DNA from: a virus
Length of the DNA: 64,000 nt
IMG/VR virus record: IMGVR_UViG_3300017689_000001
Coordinates: 9,876-73,875 of that record
Strand: one strand, 5' to 3'
The translations under genes and the position numbers were made by a program. The notes beneath the pieces were generated by a model. That model was not told the DNA's origin, did not search any database, and saw only the letters and a program-made list of their open reading frames with translations. Position 1 is the first letter of the stretch. Each line of letters begins with the position of its first letter. Positions 35,010 through 44,434 of this stretch are shown here, piece by piece.

Positions 35010-35743
35010 TTGACCGCGACCGGCTCGTCCGCCTCAATCAACGCCACGGCGGCATTGATATCGTCGATCAAGGCGTTCGCCGCCTCCACCATGGCATTGG
35101 ACAGCGTGGCGGGATCGATCATGGCCCGTGCCGCCGCCAGTAGGGCGAAAAAGTCGGGGCCGGTATCGGTCGCCGTGACCGGGCCGGGGGCGGACCCGCC
35201 TTCGTCCGCCGACTTGTTGGCATCGTCCGCCGCCGACTTAGCGGCCATGGCCGCCGCCGCTTCGTCCGCCGCTTTCTTTGCCTTCGCCACCTTGTCGGCG
35301 TCGATCAACGCCTTGTAGACAGTGATAAAGGAACGGGTGCCGCCGAGGAGCGCCGTGCGGTCGTCCTCGCCGACTTCGCTCCACCGCCCCGACAGAACAC
35401 CCACGTTGGAACGCCACGTGTTGAAGCGGCGCTTGATGACGCTACCCGCCTCGCCCTTCAAGTCAGCCCACCCCAAGGCGGCGCGGGTGCGCTGTGCAAG
35501 GTCGTCGCCGTCATGGCCGTGGACCTTCACGAGATTGAGATAGTTGCAGCCCCAATCCTTAGCGGCCATGGCCGATGCGCTTTCCGCCGCGCCCAGTGCG
35601 ACGCCCATGGCAACGGCGGACGCTTCAAGCGCGTCCAATGCGGCGGCGACGGGGTTCGGGGGGAAGGCCGCGCCGTCCGCGCCGTCGGCGAGGATCGAAG
35701 CGAGGCGGGTATCGGTCGAAGCGTTGGCGATAACAGTCGTCAT
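35003..35743 (-). CDS. Ala-rich first gene of the early transcription unit
   Basis: AAAGGA RBS, 246 aa, atypical codon usage; TAA inside copy 3. Confidence 0.7.
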   Translation of the reverse strand: MTTVIANASTDTRLASILADGADGAAFPPNPVAAALDALEASAVAMGVALGAAESASAMAAKDWGCNYLNLVKVHGHDGDDLAQRTRAALGWADLKGEAGSVIKRRFNTWRSNVGVLSGRWSEVGEDDRTALLGGTRSFITVYKALIDADKVAKAKKAADEAAAAMAAKSAADDANKSADEGGSAPGPVTATDTGPDFFALLAAARAMIDPATLSNAMVEAANALIDDINAAVALIEADEPVAVNG

Positions 35744-35770
35744 GGGATCATATCCTTTGGTTTGGACCGG

Positions 35771-35789
35771 CCGATAAACTGTTTATCGG
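35771..35789. repeat. 19-bp palindrome, copy 4
   Basis: CCGATAAAC-T-GTTTATCGG; extends to 21 bp with the flanking G/C. Confidence 0.9.
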
Positions 35790-36100
35790 CTTCGGCCTAG
35801 GCGGCGTCACGGAGGCGCACGTCTCCTGCGGCCAGGGCACAGTGGTGCTCCGGCCCCTGAAGGGGTGCGGCCGATTGGCCATGTGCTAAAAGCACGACCC
35901 CCATTTAGCCCCTATAAAGAGCACGCATAGGTGGGGGTGCTCGATTTAGAAGGGTAACACGCTTTTCCCTCCTGAAAATCGCACTCCCTATCCAATAGTC
36001 TACCCACACTTTCTGCATAATTTTTCGCGTTTTTCGCTATATTTAGACCAATACTTGGCCGAAACCGAGCAATACTGCCCAGTTTCGGCCGAATACTGTC

Positions 36101-38572
36101 TCAAAGCGCCCGACCGGGCAGAACAGCGTCTTTCAGGATCAGGCCGGCTGCCTCGTGCCGCATCTGCCCCACGCCGTCGTAAACGGGCACGACCTCGTGC
36201 CCCAGCTCGCCCAGCATCTGCGTGAAGCGCTCGTACGAGACCCCGTAGCCGCGTGCGACGTTCTTCATGAAGTGGATATACTGGTCGAACACGCCCTGAA
36301 CGTCCGCCGTCGAGCCGCCCAAGGCCTGCACCTTGTCCGAGGACTGGATGAAGGCGGCGACCGAGTTGTTGGCGCGCACGATCTGGTTGAGCCGGTTGTG
36401 GTGCGAGGCGGGCTGGGTGTAGTCGCCGTTGGCCATCAGCCGCTTGAGGCCCTGCACCGCCCACGCGGCGATCGCCTCGCGCTCCTCGGCGATCAGCACC
36501 TTGTAGAAATCCACCACCCGGTCGGCCGCCGAGACCGCGCGCAGGAAGTCGAGGATCAGCCAGCGCCGCGCGAAGCCCTGCGAGGTGTCGCGCGAGCGCG
36601 GCAGATGGTTCGACCCGAACCACTGGGCGGCCACCGGCTTGAACTGGAAGATCTCACCGCCCTTGAACTCGGTGTTCTGCACCGTGCCCTCGATGATCTC
36701 CTTGAAGGCGCGCCCCTCGATGGTGGCTTCCTCGGGCAGCTCGCCGCAGATGTTGAGCGTCTTGCCCACCATCGGCGTCAGCTGGAAGCGCTCGCCCCAC
36801 AGGGTCGGGGGGATCGACGCGATCGCCGCCGGCGGCATCATCGTGCGCAGCACCTCGAGCGCCTGCGTCTTGCCCGACTTGGCCTTGCCGTGGAGCAGGA
36901 TCGCGCGCTGGAACTTGGGTGCGATGCCGAACATCGTCGCGGCCATCGCCTCCTGCAGCGCGGCGACCTTGTCCGAGTAGTCCTCGTCGTCGCCCCACGA
37001 CCGCTCGAGATATTCGAGCCACTTGTGGGCCTCGCCGGCGCGCTCGGGCACGTAGTTGAAGGGCATCGTGAACGTCTTGCCGTACTTCGGGCTATGGTCG
37101 TGCAGCACGAGGTTGGTGTCGAGGAAGCCGTTGGCGAAATTGATGCCGTCCTCCAGCTCCTCGGCCAGCGGGCGGCGCGCGATCATCGCGATCGTCTTGG
37201 CGACCGAGACGTAGTCGTTGTGGCGCTTGACCAGCGGGTTGTTCTGGATCTGGTCGGCGACCTGCTGGCGCACGTCCTCCTCCGACAGCGCCGCGAAGTG
37301 CGCGCCCGACCACTGCCAGAACCGGCCTTGGTCGTAGCGGATCTCGCCGCCGCGGCCCATTTCCTCGATCACCTGCCGCGCGATCGCTGCGTGATTGTCG
37401 CCGACCTCCTCGTCGCCCATCCGGGCTTCCTTGAAGTCCTTCTTGAGGTCGGCCTTGGCGAGCTTGATCATGCCCTTGGTGCGATCCATGAGCAGGCTGG
37501 CCAGCCGGTTCATGTTCGAGTCGGTGAAGTTCTCGTCCTTGGCCACCTGCGCGATGACGTCGTCCACCAGCTCGACCGTGCGGTCGAGGCTGTCGGGGTC
37601 GATCGCGCGCTGCGCGTCGAAATACTCGACCGCGCGCCCGACGGTCCAGCTCTGGACCTCGTTCTTCTCGATCATCGCCGCAATGCCAGCGTGCGCGCGC
37701 TGCTCGTCGCTCAAGCCGTCGTCCCAGCCCTTGGGCAGGGTCGATCCGCCCTCGACGTCCTTGAGCAGGAACTCGATCAGCTTGGCGACGCCCTTGTCGG
37801 GGTCCATGTCGTCGCCCGAGGTGTGCGTGGTGAAGTTCTCGACCCAGTGGATCATGTGCTTCATCGCCTCGGCGAGCGTGAAGCGGGTGTTCTTGTCGAT
37901 GCCGCGCACGATCCGCGCCAGATAGCCGGCATGGCGCACCATCTGGATGTCGCGCTCGCCCTGCGGCACGACGTCGAGCGGCGCCGAGCGGCCGGTCTGC
38001 GCGATCGACAGGCCGGGGATGTCGCCCAGCGCCTGCCGCAGGATGCGCTCGATGTCGAGCGGCAGCGGCACGACGCGGTCGAGCACCTCGTACAGGTGGC
38101 TGTCCGAGACGTAGGGGCGCTCGGTCTTGGGGTGGATCGAGGGCGGCAGCACCATCTGGTTGCCCTTGCCCAAGAACTCGACGATCGACTGGTTGTCGCC
38201 GTCGCGCAGCTTGAAGTTGGGCTGGCCCTGCCACTTGTAGATCAGGCCCATGCCCTTCTGGCCGACGCGCTTCCAGGGGCTGGGCGGCAGCGCCGCGAGG
38301 ATCGCGTCGATCTGCGCCTGATCCTCGGTGTCGATGTCGATCGCGCACAGCCCCGATGCCTCGCCGAACGGCAGGCCGATATTCGAGTCGGGGTAGGACG
38401 CCAGCCACAGGCTGCGCACCGACTCCGAGGGCATGTGCTGGCCGTACTGCGTCCACTCGTTCAGGATCGGGGCCTTGCCGGCGCCCTTGCCGGCCGAGTT
38501 CCAGCGCTTGAGAGGCATGACCGGGATGCCCGCTGCCCAGTAGAGCGGGGCGAAGTCTTTGAAAATGCTCAC
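36101..38572 (-). CDS. Bifunctional Prim-Pol primase / D5-like SF3 helicase
   Basis: N-terminal GKAPIL..W, NIGLPFG, AIDID, MVLPPSIHP; C-terminal INFANG, LLHGKAKSGKT, LNICGEL, RRWLILDF. Confidence 0.9.
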   Translation of the reverse strand: MSIFKDFAPLYWAAGIPVMPLKRWNSAGKGAGKAPILNEWTQYGQHMPSESVRSLWLASYPDSNIGLPFGEASGLCAIDIDTEDQAQIDAILAALPPSPWKRVGQKGMGLIYKWQGQPNFKLRDGDNQSIVEFLGKGNQMVLPPSIHPKTERPYVSDSHLYEVLDRVVPLPLDIERILRQALGDIPGLSIAQTGRSAPLDVVPQGERDIQMVRHAGYLARIVRGIDKNTRFTLAEAMKHMIHWVENFTTHTSGDDMDPDKGVAKLIEFLLKDVEGGSTLPKGWDDGLSDEQRAHAGIAAMIEKNEVQSWTVGRAVEYFDAQRAIDPDSLDRTVELVDDVIAQVAKDENFTDSNMNRLASLLMDRTKGMIKLAKADLKKDFKEARMGDEEVGDNHAAIARQVIEEMGRGGEIRYDQGRFWQWSGAHFAALSEEDVRQQVADQIQNNPLVKRHNDYVSVAKTIAMIARRPLAEELEDGINFANGFLDTNLVLHDHSPKYGKTFTMPFNYVPERAGEAHKWLEYLERSWGDDEDYSDKVAALQEAMAATMFGIAPKFQRAILLHGKAKSGKTQALEVLRTMMPPAAIASIPPTLWGERFQLTPMVGKTLNICGELPEEATIEGRAFKEIIEGTVQNTEFKGGEIFQFKPVAAQWFGSNHLPRSRDTSQGFARRWLILDFLRAVSAADRVVDFYKVLIAEEREAIAAWAVQGLKRLMANGDYTQPASHHNRLNQIVRANNSVAAFIQSSDKVQALGGSTADVQGVFDQYIHFMKNVARGYGVSYERFTQMLGELGHEVVPVYDGVGQMRHEAAGLILKDAVLPGRAL

Positions 38573-38574
38573 GA

Positions 38575-38766
38575 TTATGCTCCGAAGAAAGGATGCTGGG
38601 GAGGGGGAGGCGGCGGGCCGTCGTTCGGCTCGAAGGCCGACCAGATGAAGATGGCACCCGCGACGAGCATGAACCAGCCGAGAACAGGCTCACCCTTCGC
38701 GGCCATGTGTGTGCCGGTCGCGAGGTCGATCACCGCGAAGATGAGGTTGAGGACGCCGACCCTCAC
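38575..38766 (-). CDS. Small membrane protein
   Basis: Two hydrophobic segments and a Pro-rich tail. Confidence 0.6.
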   Translation of the reverse strand: MRVGVLNLIFAVIDLATGTHMAAKGEPVLGWFMLVAGAIFIWSAFEPNDGPPPPPPQHPFFGA

Positions 38767-39266
38767 CGGAACGGCTCGATGCGCTTCATGAACTGCTCTC
38801 GACCTTCCTCGGAGACGAGGTCGTCGAGGATGCGGATCACCTCGTCCTTGAAGTGCTGCATGCGCTGCGCGGTGGTGTGGCGCTCGACCATCTTGAGCAG
38901 CCGCTCGATCTGGTCGCCCTTGGTCTTGGCGACCTGAATGCGCTCGCGCACGTCCATCGCCGCGGTGTCATCGCCGCTGCCCAGCTTGTTCAGCTCGGCC
39001 AGCGTCGATCGCAGCTCGTCGAGGATCAGCTGCTGGTCCTCCTCGGACAGCTGAATGTCCTTGGACGGGCGGCCGCGCGTGTTGCCGGTGACGTGGACCT
39101 CCTTCTCGATGACCTTCTCGACCACCTTGGGCGCGAGAAGGTCGAGGAGCAGGGTCTTGGTCTCCTCGTCGTAGGGGCAGTCGGCCTGATTGAGACTGTC
39201 GAGGTTCTTCTTGACGTCGGACAGGCCGGTCAGAACCGCGAGGCGGAGGGGAGGGAAAGAAGCCAT
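38763..39266 (-). CDS. Hypothetical protein, candidate terminase small subunit
   Basis: Divergent from terL; RGRPSK motif followed by a helical region; context-based. Confidence 0.4.
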   Translation of the reverse strand: MASFPPLRLAVLTGLSDVKKNLDSLNQADCPYDEETKTLLLDLLAPKVVEKVIEKEVHVTGNTRGRPSKDIQLSEEDQQLILDELRSTLAELNKLGSGDDTAAMDVRERIQVAKTKGDQIERLLKMVERHTTAQRMQHFKDEVIRILDDLVSEEGREQFMKRIEPFR

Positions 39267-39312
39267 GGCTCATACCTACGGCCACTCGCTTCGCGCGCAA
39301 CGCGAATTTCCA

Positions 39313-39329
39313 TCTTTACAAGGTAGTTT
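39313..39329 (+). promoter_or_regulatory. TAC-N3-GTA operator-like site upstream of terL
   Basis: TCTTTAC-AAG-GTAGTTT in the divergent intergenic region. Confidence 0.55.
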
Positions 39330-39391
39330 GTCCGAGACGGTTGCCCGTCAACCAGTTGCTCGCGGCCGCGATCTACGTCACAGGCGGCGGA

Positions 39392-41155
39392 ATGTCCGAG
39401 TTCAATGACCTCTACAACGCCGTAAAGATGCGTTTCGGCGACGTCAACGCGTCGCAGTCGATGGGCGACTGGATCACGACCAACACCACGATCAAGAAGC
39501 GGCCGTTCTCGTACGACGGGTACGGCTTCCAGAAGATGATCGCGGACGACATGCACCACAACATCTCGGTGAAGAAGTGCTCGCAGATCGGCCTCACCGA
39601 GGTCCAGATCCGCAAGTTCTTGGCGATCCTGACGCGCTCGACCGCGGTGGCCGGCATTTTCTCGATGCCCAACGAGAAGATGTTCACCAAGACCTATAAC
39701 GGCCGCATCAAGCCGATCCTCGAAGCCGACGTGGTGTTCAACCCGCCGACGGCGCTCAAGCCGACGCGCTCGAAGGACCAGATCCAGATCCGCGACAGCT
39801 TCGGCTACATCACCGCCTGCACCGAGGGCGACGCGACCAGCTTGAGCGCGGATTTCCTCTTCCATGACGAGCTGGACCTCAGCCCGCAGGAGATCATCGC
39901 GCTGTACCAGTCCCGCCTGCAGGGGTCGGACATGAAGATCACCCAGTCCTTCTCGACGCCGACCTTCTCGGGCTACGGCATCGACAAGAACTACCAGCTC
40001 ACCGACCAGCGCGAGTACGTCGCCAAGTGCGGCGGTTGCGGCAAGTGGCACATCCCGCTGTTCACGCCGCCGTTCATCCACCTCAAGAAGATGCCCTTCG
40101 ACGTGGAGCTGTTCACCGACCTGACCGCCCAGCAGATCGCGCTGCTCGATCTGGAGGACTGCCACGTCAAGTGCCCCGACTGCTCGACGCGGTTCGATCT
40201 GGGCGACGACGACCGGCGCGAGTGGGTCGCCGAGCGCCCGTCGGTGCTCAACTTCCGCGGCTATCAGGTCCGCCCCTTCTCGACGCCGCGCATCAAGCCC
40301 GACTACATCTTCGGCCAGCTGGCGCAATATCAGGAGAAGTCGTTCACCCGCGGCTTCTACAACACGGTGCTCGGCGAGGAGTACACCGCCGCCGACGCGC
40401 GCCTGCAGGAGGCCGACATCCGCGCCTGCATGGCCAAGGGCACCGCCTCGATCCCCGAGATCAGCAGCGATACGCCGGCCTACATGGGCATCGACGTCGG
40501 CCTGACCTGCTACATCACCGTCAGCGTTGACGACGAGGACGGCAACCCGCACTTCGTGTTCTTCGACACCTGCCCGGCCTCGTCGCTGCAGCGCCGGGTC
40601 AAGGAGCTGATGGGCATCTTCAACATCATCCAGGGCGGGATCGATCGCTTCCCCTACACCACCGAGGCCGACGCGCTGCGCGACGCGACCTCGGGGATCA
40701 TCATCCCGATCCAGTACCGCGGCAATCAGGCGCTGGCGCCGGTGTTCGAGGCCGACACCAAGATCTTGAACCACTATTCGGCCAACAACACGCTCGCGCT
40801 CGATCGCGTGCAGTCGCTGGTCAGCCACCGAGTGATGAAGATCTCGGGCTACCAGTCGATGCGCGACCTGCTGATCAAGCACCTGCAGGACATGGTTCGT
40901 GACGACAGCCCGGCGAACTCCGAACACGTGCTCGGCGAGTGGAAGAAGACCAGCGGCAACGACCACTTCATGCACTCGATGGCCTTCAACCTGCTGGCCC
41001 GGCGCATCTGCGAGCACATGTTCGCCACCCAGCTTTCTACGGTGGCCACGACTTCCTCTTTCCTCGGCGCGTCTTTTGTGGGTACGCAGGGGATGCTCAA
41101 TTTCAACGGTTCGGGCGGCATGAAGTCGCTTAACCGCATCTCGAGGCTTGGATAA
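39392..41155 (+). CDS. Terminase large subunit (lambda GpA-like)
   Basis: VKKCSQIGLTE (GpA-type Walker A), FLFHDELD (Walker B), FSTPT, CxxC..CxxC, MGIDVG nuclease, NDHFMHS. Confidence 0.88.
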   Translation: MSEFNDLYNAVKMRFGDVNASQSMGDWITTNTTIKKRPFSYDGYGFQKMIADDMHHNISVKKCSQIGLTEVQIRKFLAILTRSTAVAGIFSMPNEKMFTKTYNGRIKPILEADVVFNPPTALKPTRSKDQIQIRDSFGYITACTEGDATSLSADFLFHDELDLSPQEIIALYQSRLQGSDMKITQSFSTPTFSGYGIDKNYQLTDQREYVAKCGGCGKWHIPLFTPPFIHLKKMPFDVELFTDLTAQQIALLDLEDCHVKCPDCSTRFDLGDDDRREWVAERPSVLNFRGYQVRPFSTPRIKPDYIFGQLAQYQEKSFTRGFYNTVLGEEYTAADARLQEADIRACMAKGTASIPEISSDTPAYMGIDVGLTCYITVSVDDEDGNPHFVFFDTCPASSLQRRVKELMGIFNIIQGGIDRFPYTTEADALRDATSGIIIPIQYRGNQALAPVFEADTKILNHYSANNTLALDRVQSLVSHRVMKISGYQSMRDLLIKHLQDMVRDDSPANSEHVLGEWKKTSGNDHFMHSMAFNLLARRICEHMFATQLSTVATTSSFLGASFVGTQGMLNFNGSGGMKSLNRISRLG

Positions 41156-42684
41156 TGGCGGACACGATCACCAGCGGCCTGTCGGCCATCCTGCTGCCCA
41201 AGGGCAAGGGAGCCAAGGGTGGCAAGAGCGCCACGCCGCAGTACGTGCGCGGCCAGCCGACGATCTCGGCGCCGACCTACCGCGACCACATCACCGACGT
41301 CTACTCGACGCGTGCCGCCAATGACAGCCGCGAGCTGATCGCTACGCTGGCGAACATGGACCCCGACGTGTCGGCGGCGATCAATGCGTTCCTGTCGGTC
41401 GCCGGCTCGGTGGATCCGGTCGTCATCGCCTACAACGAGAACGACGAGATCGATCAGGAGGGCACCGCCACCGGCCAGCGTATCCTCGCGCTGATGACGG
41501 TGACCAACGACTACACGCTGGGCTACAGCGACAAGCCCACGGTCGACGCGCTGTGCAGCGACCATCGCTACATGATGCTGCTGCGCGGCGGCACGGCGAT
41601 CGAGCTGGTGCTCGACAAGACCTACCTGCCGACCGAGCTGCGCACCGTCGACCCGGCCACGCTGACGTGGAACCAGACCGCACCCGGCGTCTACAAGCCG
41701 GTGCAGACGCCGGCCGGCTCGAACGAGGAGATCGACCTCAATATCCCGACGTTCTTCACGTCGAACTTTCACCAGTCGCCGCTGTCGAAGTACACCTTCT
41801 CGCCCTTCGTCTCGGCGATCAACACGATCGCGTCGCGCACGCTCGTCATCAACGAGCTGTACCGGATCATGAAGATCGTGGGCTACCCGCGCGTCGACGT
41901 GTCGGTGCTCGAGAGCGTGCTGATGCAGTCGGCGCCGCCGGCGTTCCGCAACCAGCCCGAGAAGATCCGCGCCTACGTCAACTCCGAGCTGAACTCGATC
42001 CGCGCCGCGATCGCGAACCTCAACTCGGGCGACGCCTTCGTCCACTCCGACGCGGTCAAGGCGGAGATCATCAACGACAAGAACCCGTCGGCCGGCATCC
42101 AGATCCAGGGTGTCATCGACGTGCTCAACGCCCAGAACCAAGCCGCCCTCAAGGTCATGCCGGCGGTGGTCGGCAAGGCGAACAACGGGCAGGTCGCCTC
42201 GACCGAGGCACGGCTGTTCGCGCTCAACGCCGACGCCCTCAACCGCGCGGTCGCCGGCGCGCTGACCAAGGCGCTGACGCTGGCGATCCGCCTGACCGGG
42301 TTCGCCGGCCGGCTGGAGGTGTTCTTCCCGCCCGTCGAGCTGCGCCCCAGCCTCGAGCTGGAGCCGCAGCGCACGATGCAGTCGTCGCGCCTGCGCCAAG
42401 ACCTGTCGGACGGCATCATCACGGACGCGGAATACTCGATGGCCGTCTACGGCCGTCCGCCGCTGCCGGGCGCGCCGACGCTGTCGGGCACCAAGTTCGC
42501 CGATCCGGTGCCGGCGGCGGGCGTCGACGCGACCAGCGTCAGCCCCAACGACGACCCGCTCGGCCGCTCGCTGACCGGCGAGGGCGGCAACGGGGTGGCC
42601 AAGAACAACCAGGCGAAGCAGGGCCGCAAGGCCAAGCTCTCCTTCCAGATGGACGACGGCGGGACGTTCGAACTCGCTCTCTGA
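41155..42684 (+). CDS. Portal protein
   Basis: Directly after terL; 509 aa; helical N-terminus, SRLRQDLSDGIITDAEY tail. Confidence 0.8.
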   Translation: MADTITSGLSAILLPKGKGAKGGKSATPQYVRGQPTISAPTYRDHITDVYSTRAANDSRELIATLANMDPDVSAAINAFLSVAGSVDPVVIAYNENDEIDQEGTATGQRILALMTVTNDYTLGYSDKPTVDALCSDHRYMMLLRGGTAIELVLDKTYLPTELRTVDPATLTWNQTAPGVYKPVQTPAGSNEEIDLNIPTFFTSNFHQSPLSKYTFSPFVSAINTIASRTLVINELYRIMKIVGYPRVDVSVLESVLMQSAPPAFRNQPEKIRAYVNSELNSIRAAIANLNSGDAFVHSDAVKAEIINDKNPSAGIQIQGVIDVLNAQNQAALKVMPAVVGKANNGQVASTEARLFALNADALNRAVAGALTKALTLAIRLTGFAGRLEVFFPPVELRPSLELEPQRTMQSSRLRQDLSDGIITDAEYSMAVYGRPPLPGAPTLSGTKFADPVPAAGVDATSVSPNDDPLGRSLTGEGGNGVAKNNQAKQGRKAKLSFQMDDGGTFELAL

Positions 42685-42694
42685 TCTGACCCTA

Positions 42695-42730
42695 TTTTCT
42701 TATTTTTACCTTGTACTCTTGAGAAAATCG
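42695..42730 (+). promoter_or_regulatory. 36-bp AT-rich element containing TAC-N3-GTA
   Basis: TTTTCTTATTTTTACCTTGTACTCTTGAGAAAATCG. Confidence 0.7.
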
Positions 42731-42800
42731 CACGCAGTAAAATAGTGGTTCTCTGGAAACCAGCTTGCTGGAGGCCGGACCCCGAGTAGGAGCGACCCCC

Positions 42801-43985
42801 ATGAAGCAGCTGGACATGACCCCCGCCCTCGAGGCGCTCATCAAGCAGGCGGTCGGCGATGACGTCGACGTCGCGGGCTTCGCCGTGTTCGAGACCATCA
42901 TGGTCAACACCAAGCCGCTGCCCGGCAAGCGCGGCGCGCTGTTCGAGAACGCGGTGATCCAGCCGATCACCCTCAAGGAAATGGTCGACCACATCAACGA
43001 GAAGGGCGGCCATCTGCCCCTCGTCGCCGACCACGACCTGACGGGCGCCCCCAAGGGCCGTCTCTTCCACGCCGCGCTCGATTTCGAGGACGCCTCGCTC
43101 ACGATGCGCGGCCTGTTCTACCTCGACGCCACCGAGACGCAGCTGATCGCCAAGCTGAACAGCGGCGTGCTCGACGAGGTGTCGGTCGCGTTCCTGTCGC
43201 GCGAGTTCAACTGCTCCGAGTGCGGCTGGGATTATTTCGCCGCCGGCGTTTCGCGCGAGCACATCTACAACCGCGTCTGCGCGAATGGCCACGCGATCGG
43301 CGTCGGCGGTGTCCACGGCGAAATGGTCGGCCTCAATCAGTTCATCGAAACTTCACTGGTTGCCCGTGGTGCAGCTGACAAGCCGAAAATTGTTGGTAAG
43401 TCGCAGTCGAAGTTGGCGCCCGAGGGACTCAAGCTCCTCGCCGCCTCCGGTTTTGAGACGGACGAGCTGGTCGTACAGGCCCGCCTCGGCAAAGAGGAAG
43501 ATCACACCATGAGCGACATCGCAGCTCTGACCACCCAGCTCACGACCCTTTCCGCGGACAAGGGCGCCCTGACCGCGCAGCTGACCGCCGCCAACGGCGA
43601 GCGCGACACCGCGCGCACCGATCTGGCCACGCGCACGACCGAGCTGGCCACCGCGCAGGCCGACGTCACGCGCCTCACCGCCGAGCTGGCGACGGCCAAC
43701 GAGCGTCCCGACGCCTCGGTCGCCACCGAGCGCGACGAGGCGGTCACCTTCCTGCACGAGCAGCTCGACCACCTGATGGTGGCCAAGGGCGAGACGAAGC
43801 TGGAGGGCGATGCCCGGCTCAAGACGGTCGCGTCGCTCAAGGCGAAGATCGCCGAGCTGACCGCGAACCTGACCTCGATCCTTCCCGTCGGCGGCAAGGC
43901 CAACGGGTCGGCGGCCGACGAGCAGAAGGCCACCCTGTCCTACGACCCCGCGTTCGCCTTCGGCGTCCGCAAGAACAGCAAGTAA
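42801..43985 (+). CDS. Prohead protease / scaffold fusion
   Basis: PLVADHD, LDEVSVAF, CSECG, ETSLVARGA; coiled-coil C-terminus; AGGAG RBS. Confidence 0.75.
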   Translation: MKQLDMTPALEALIKQAVGDDVDVAGFAVFETIMVNTKPLPGKRGALFENAVIQPITLKEMVDHINEKGGHLPLVADHDLTGAPKGRLFHAALDFEDASLTMRGLFYLDATETQLIAKLNSGVLDEVSVAFLSREFNCSECGWDYFAAGVSREHIYNRVCANGHAIGVGGVHGEMVGLNQFIETSLVARGAADKPKIVGKSQSKLAPEGLKLLAASGFETDELVVQARLGKEEDHTMSDIAALTTQLTTLSADKGALTAQLTAANGERDTARTDLATRTTELATAQADVTRLTAELATANERPDASVATERDEAVTFLHEQLDHLMVAKGETKLEGDARLKTVASLKAKIAELTANLTSILPVGGKANGSAADEQKATLSYDPAFAFGVRKNSK

Positions 43986-43996
43986 GGAGCCACGAC

Positions 43997-44422
43997 ATGG
44001 CAGCGTACAACATCACTGGCGTGATCGGCGATGGCTTCCCCATTGGCCTCTTCACCTTCACCTACCACCTGACGGGCCTCCCGAGCGACGCGACCGACGA
44101 GACGGTCGCCGCGACGGCGGGCAAGGCGGTGTCCCTCGACGCGAACGCCGACGTCGCGGTCAAGCTCGCCGGCAACGGCGACGAGATCCTCGGCCGCATC
44201 TACGTCGCCGAGAACCGTGCAGCGATCGGTGGCGGCAAGGTCGCCTCGGTCGCCCGCAAGTTCAAGGAGAAGCTGCCGGCGGCCGACGGCCACGGCATCG
44301 TCCGCGGCGACCGGATCGTCGGTGCCGGCAACGGCCTCGTCAAGAAGGCCCCCGCCGAGAACACGACCGGCCCCATCGTCATCCAGACCGGCGACACCTT
44401 CGTCGTCGCCGAGAAGCTGTAA
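43997..44422 (+). CDS. Head decoration / capsid cement protein
   Basis: Gly-rich 141 aa directly before the major capsid gene. Confidence 0.65.
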   Translation: MAAYNITGVIGDGFPIGLFTFTYHLTGLPSDATDETVAATAGKAVSLDANADVAVKLAGNGDEILGRIYVAENRAAIGGGKVASVARKFKEKLPAADGHGIVRGDRIVGAGNGLVKKAPAENTTGPIVIQTGDTFVVAEKL

Positions 44423-44434
44423 GGAACGCGACCC

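Noticed and set aside
34450-35790. CRISPR array interpretation of the 19-bp repeats
   Set aside because: Spacing is irregular (about 210-760 bp), intervals are genes, and there are no cas genes
36155-38791. 878-aa plus-strand ORF
   Set aside because: Shadow of the primase-helicase
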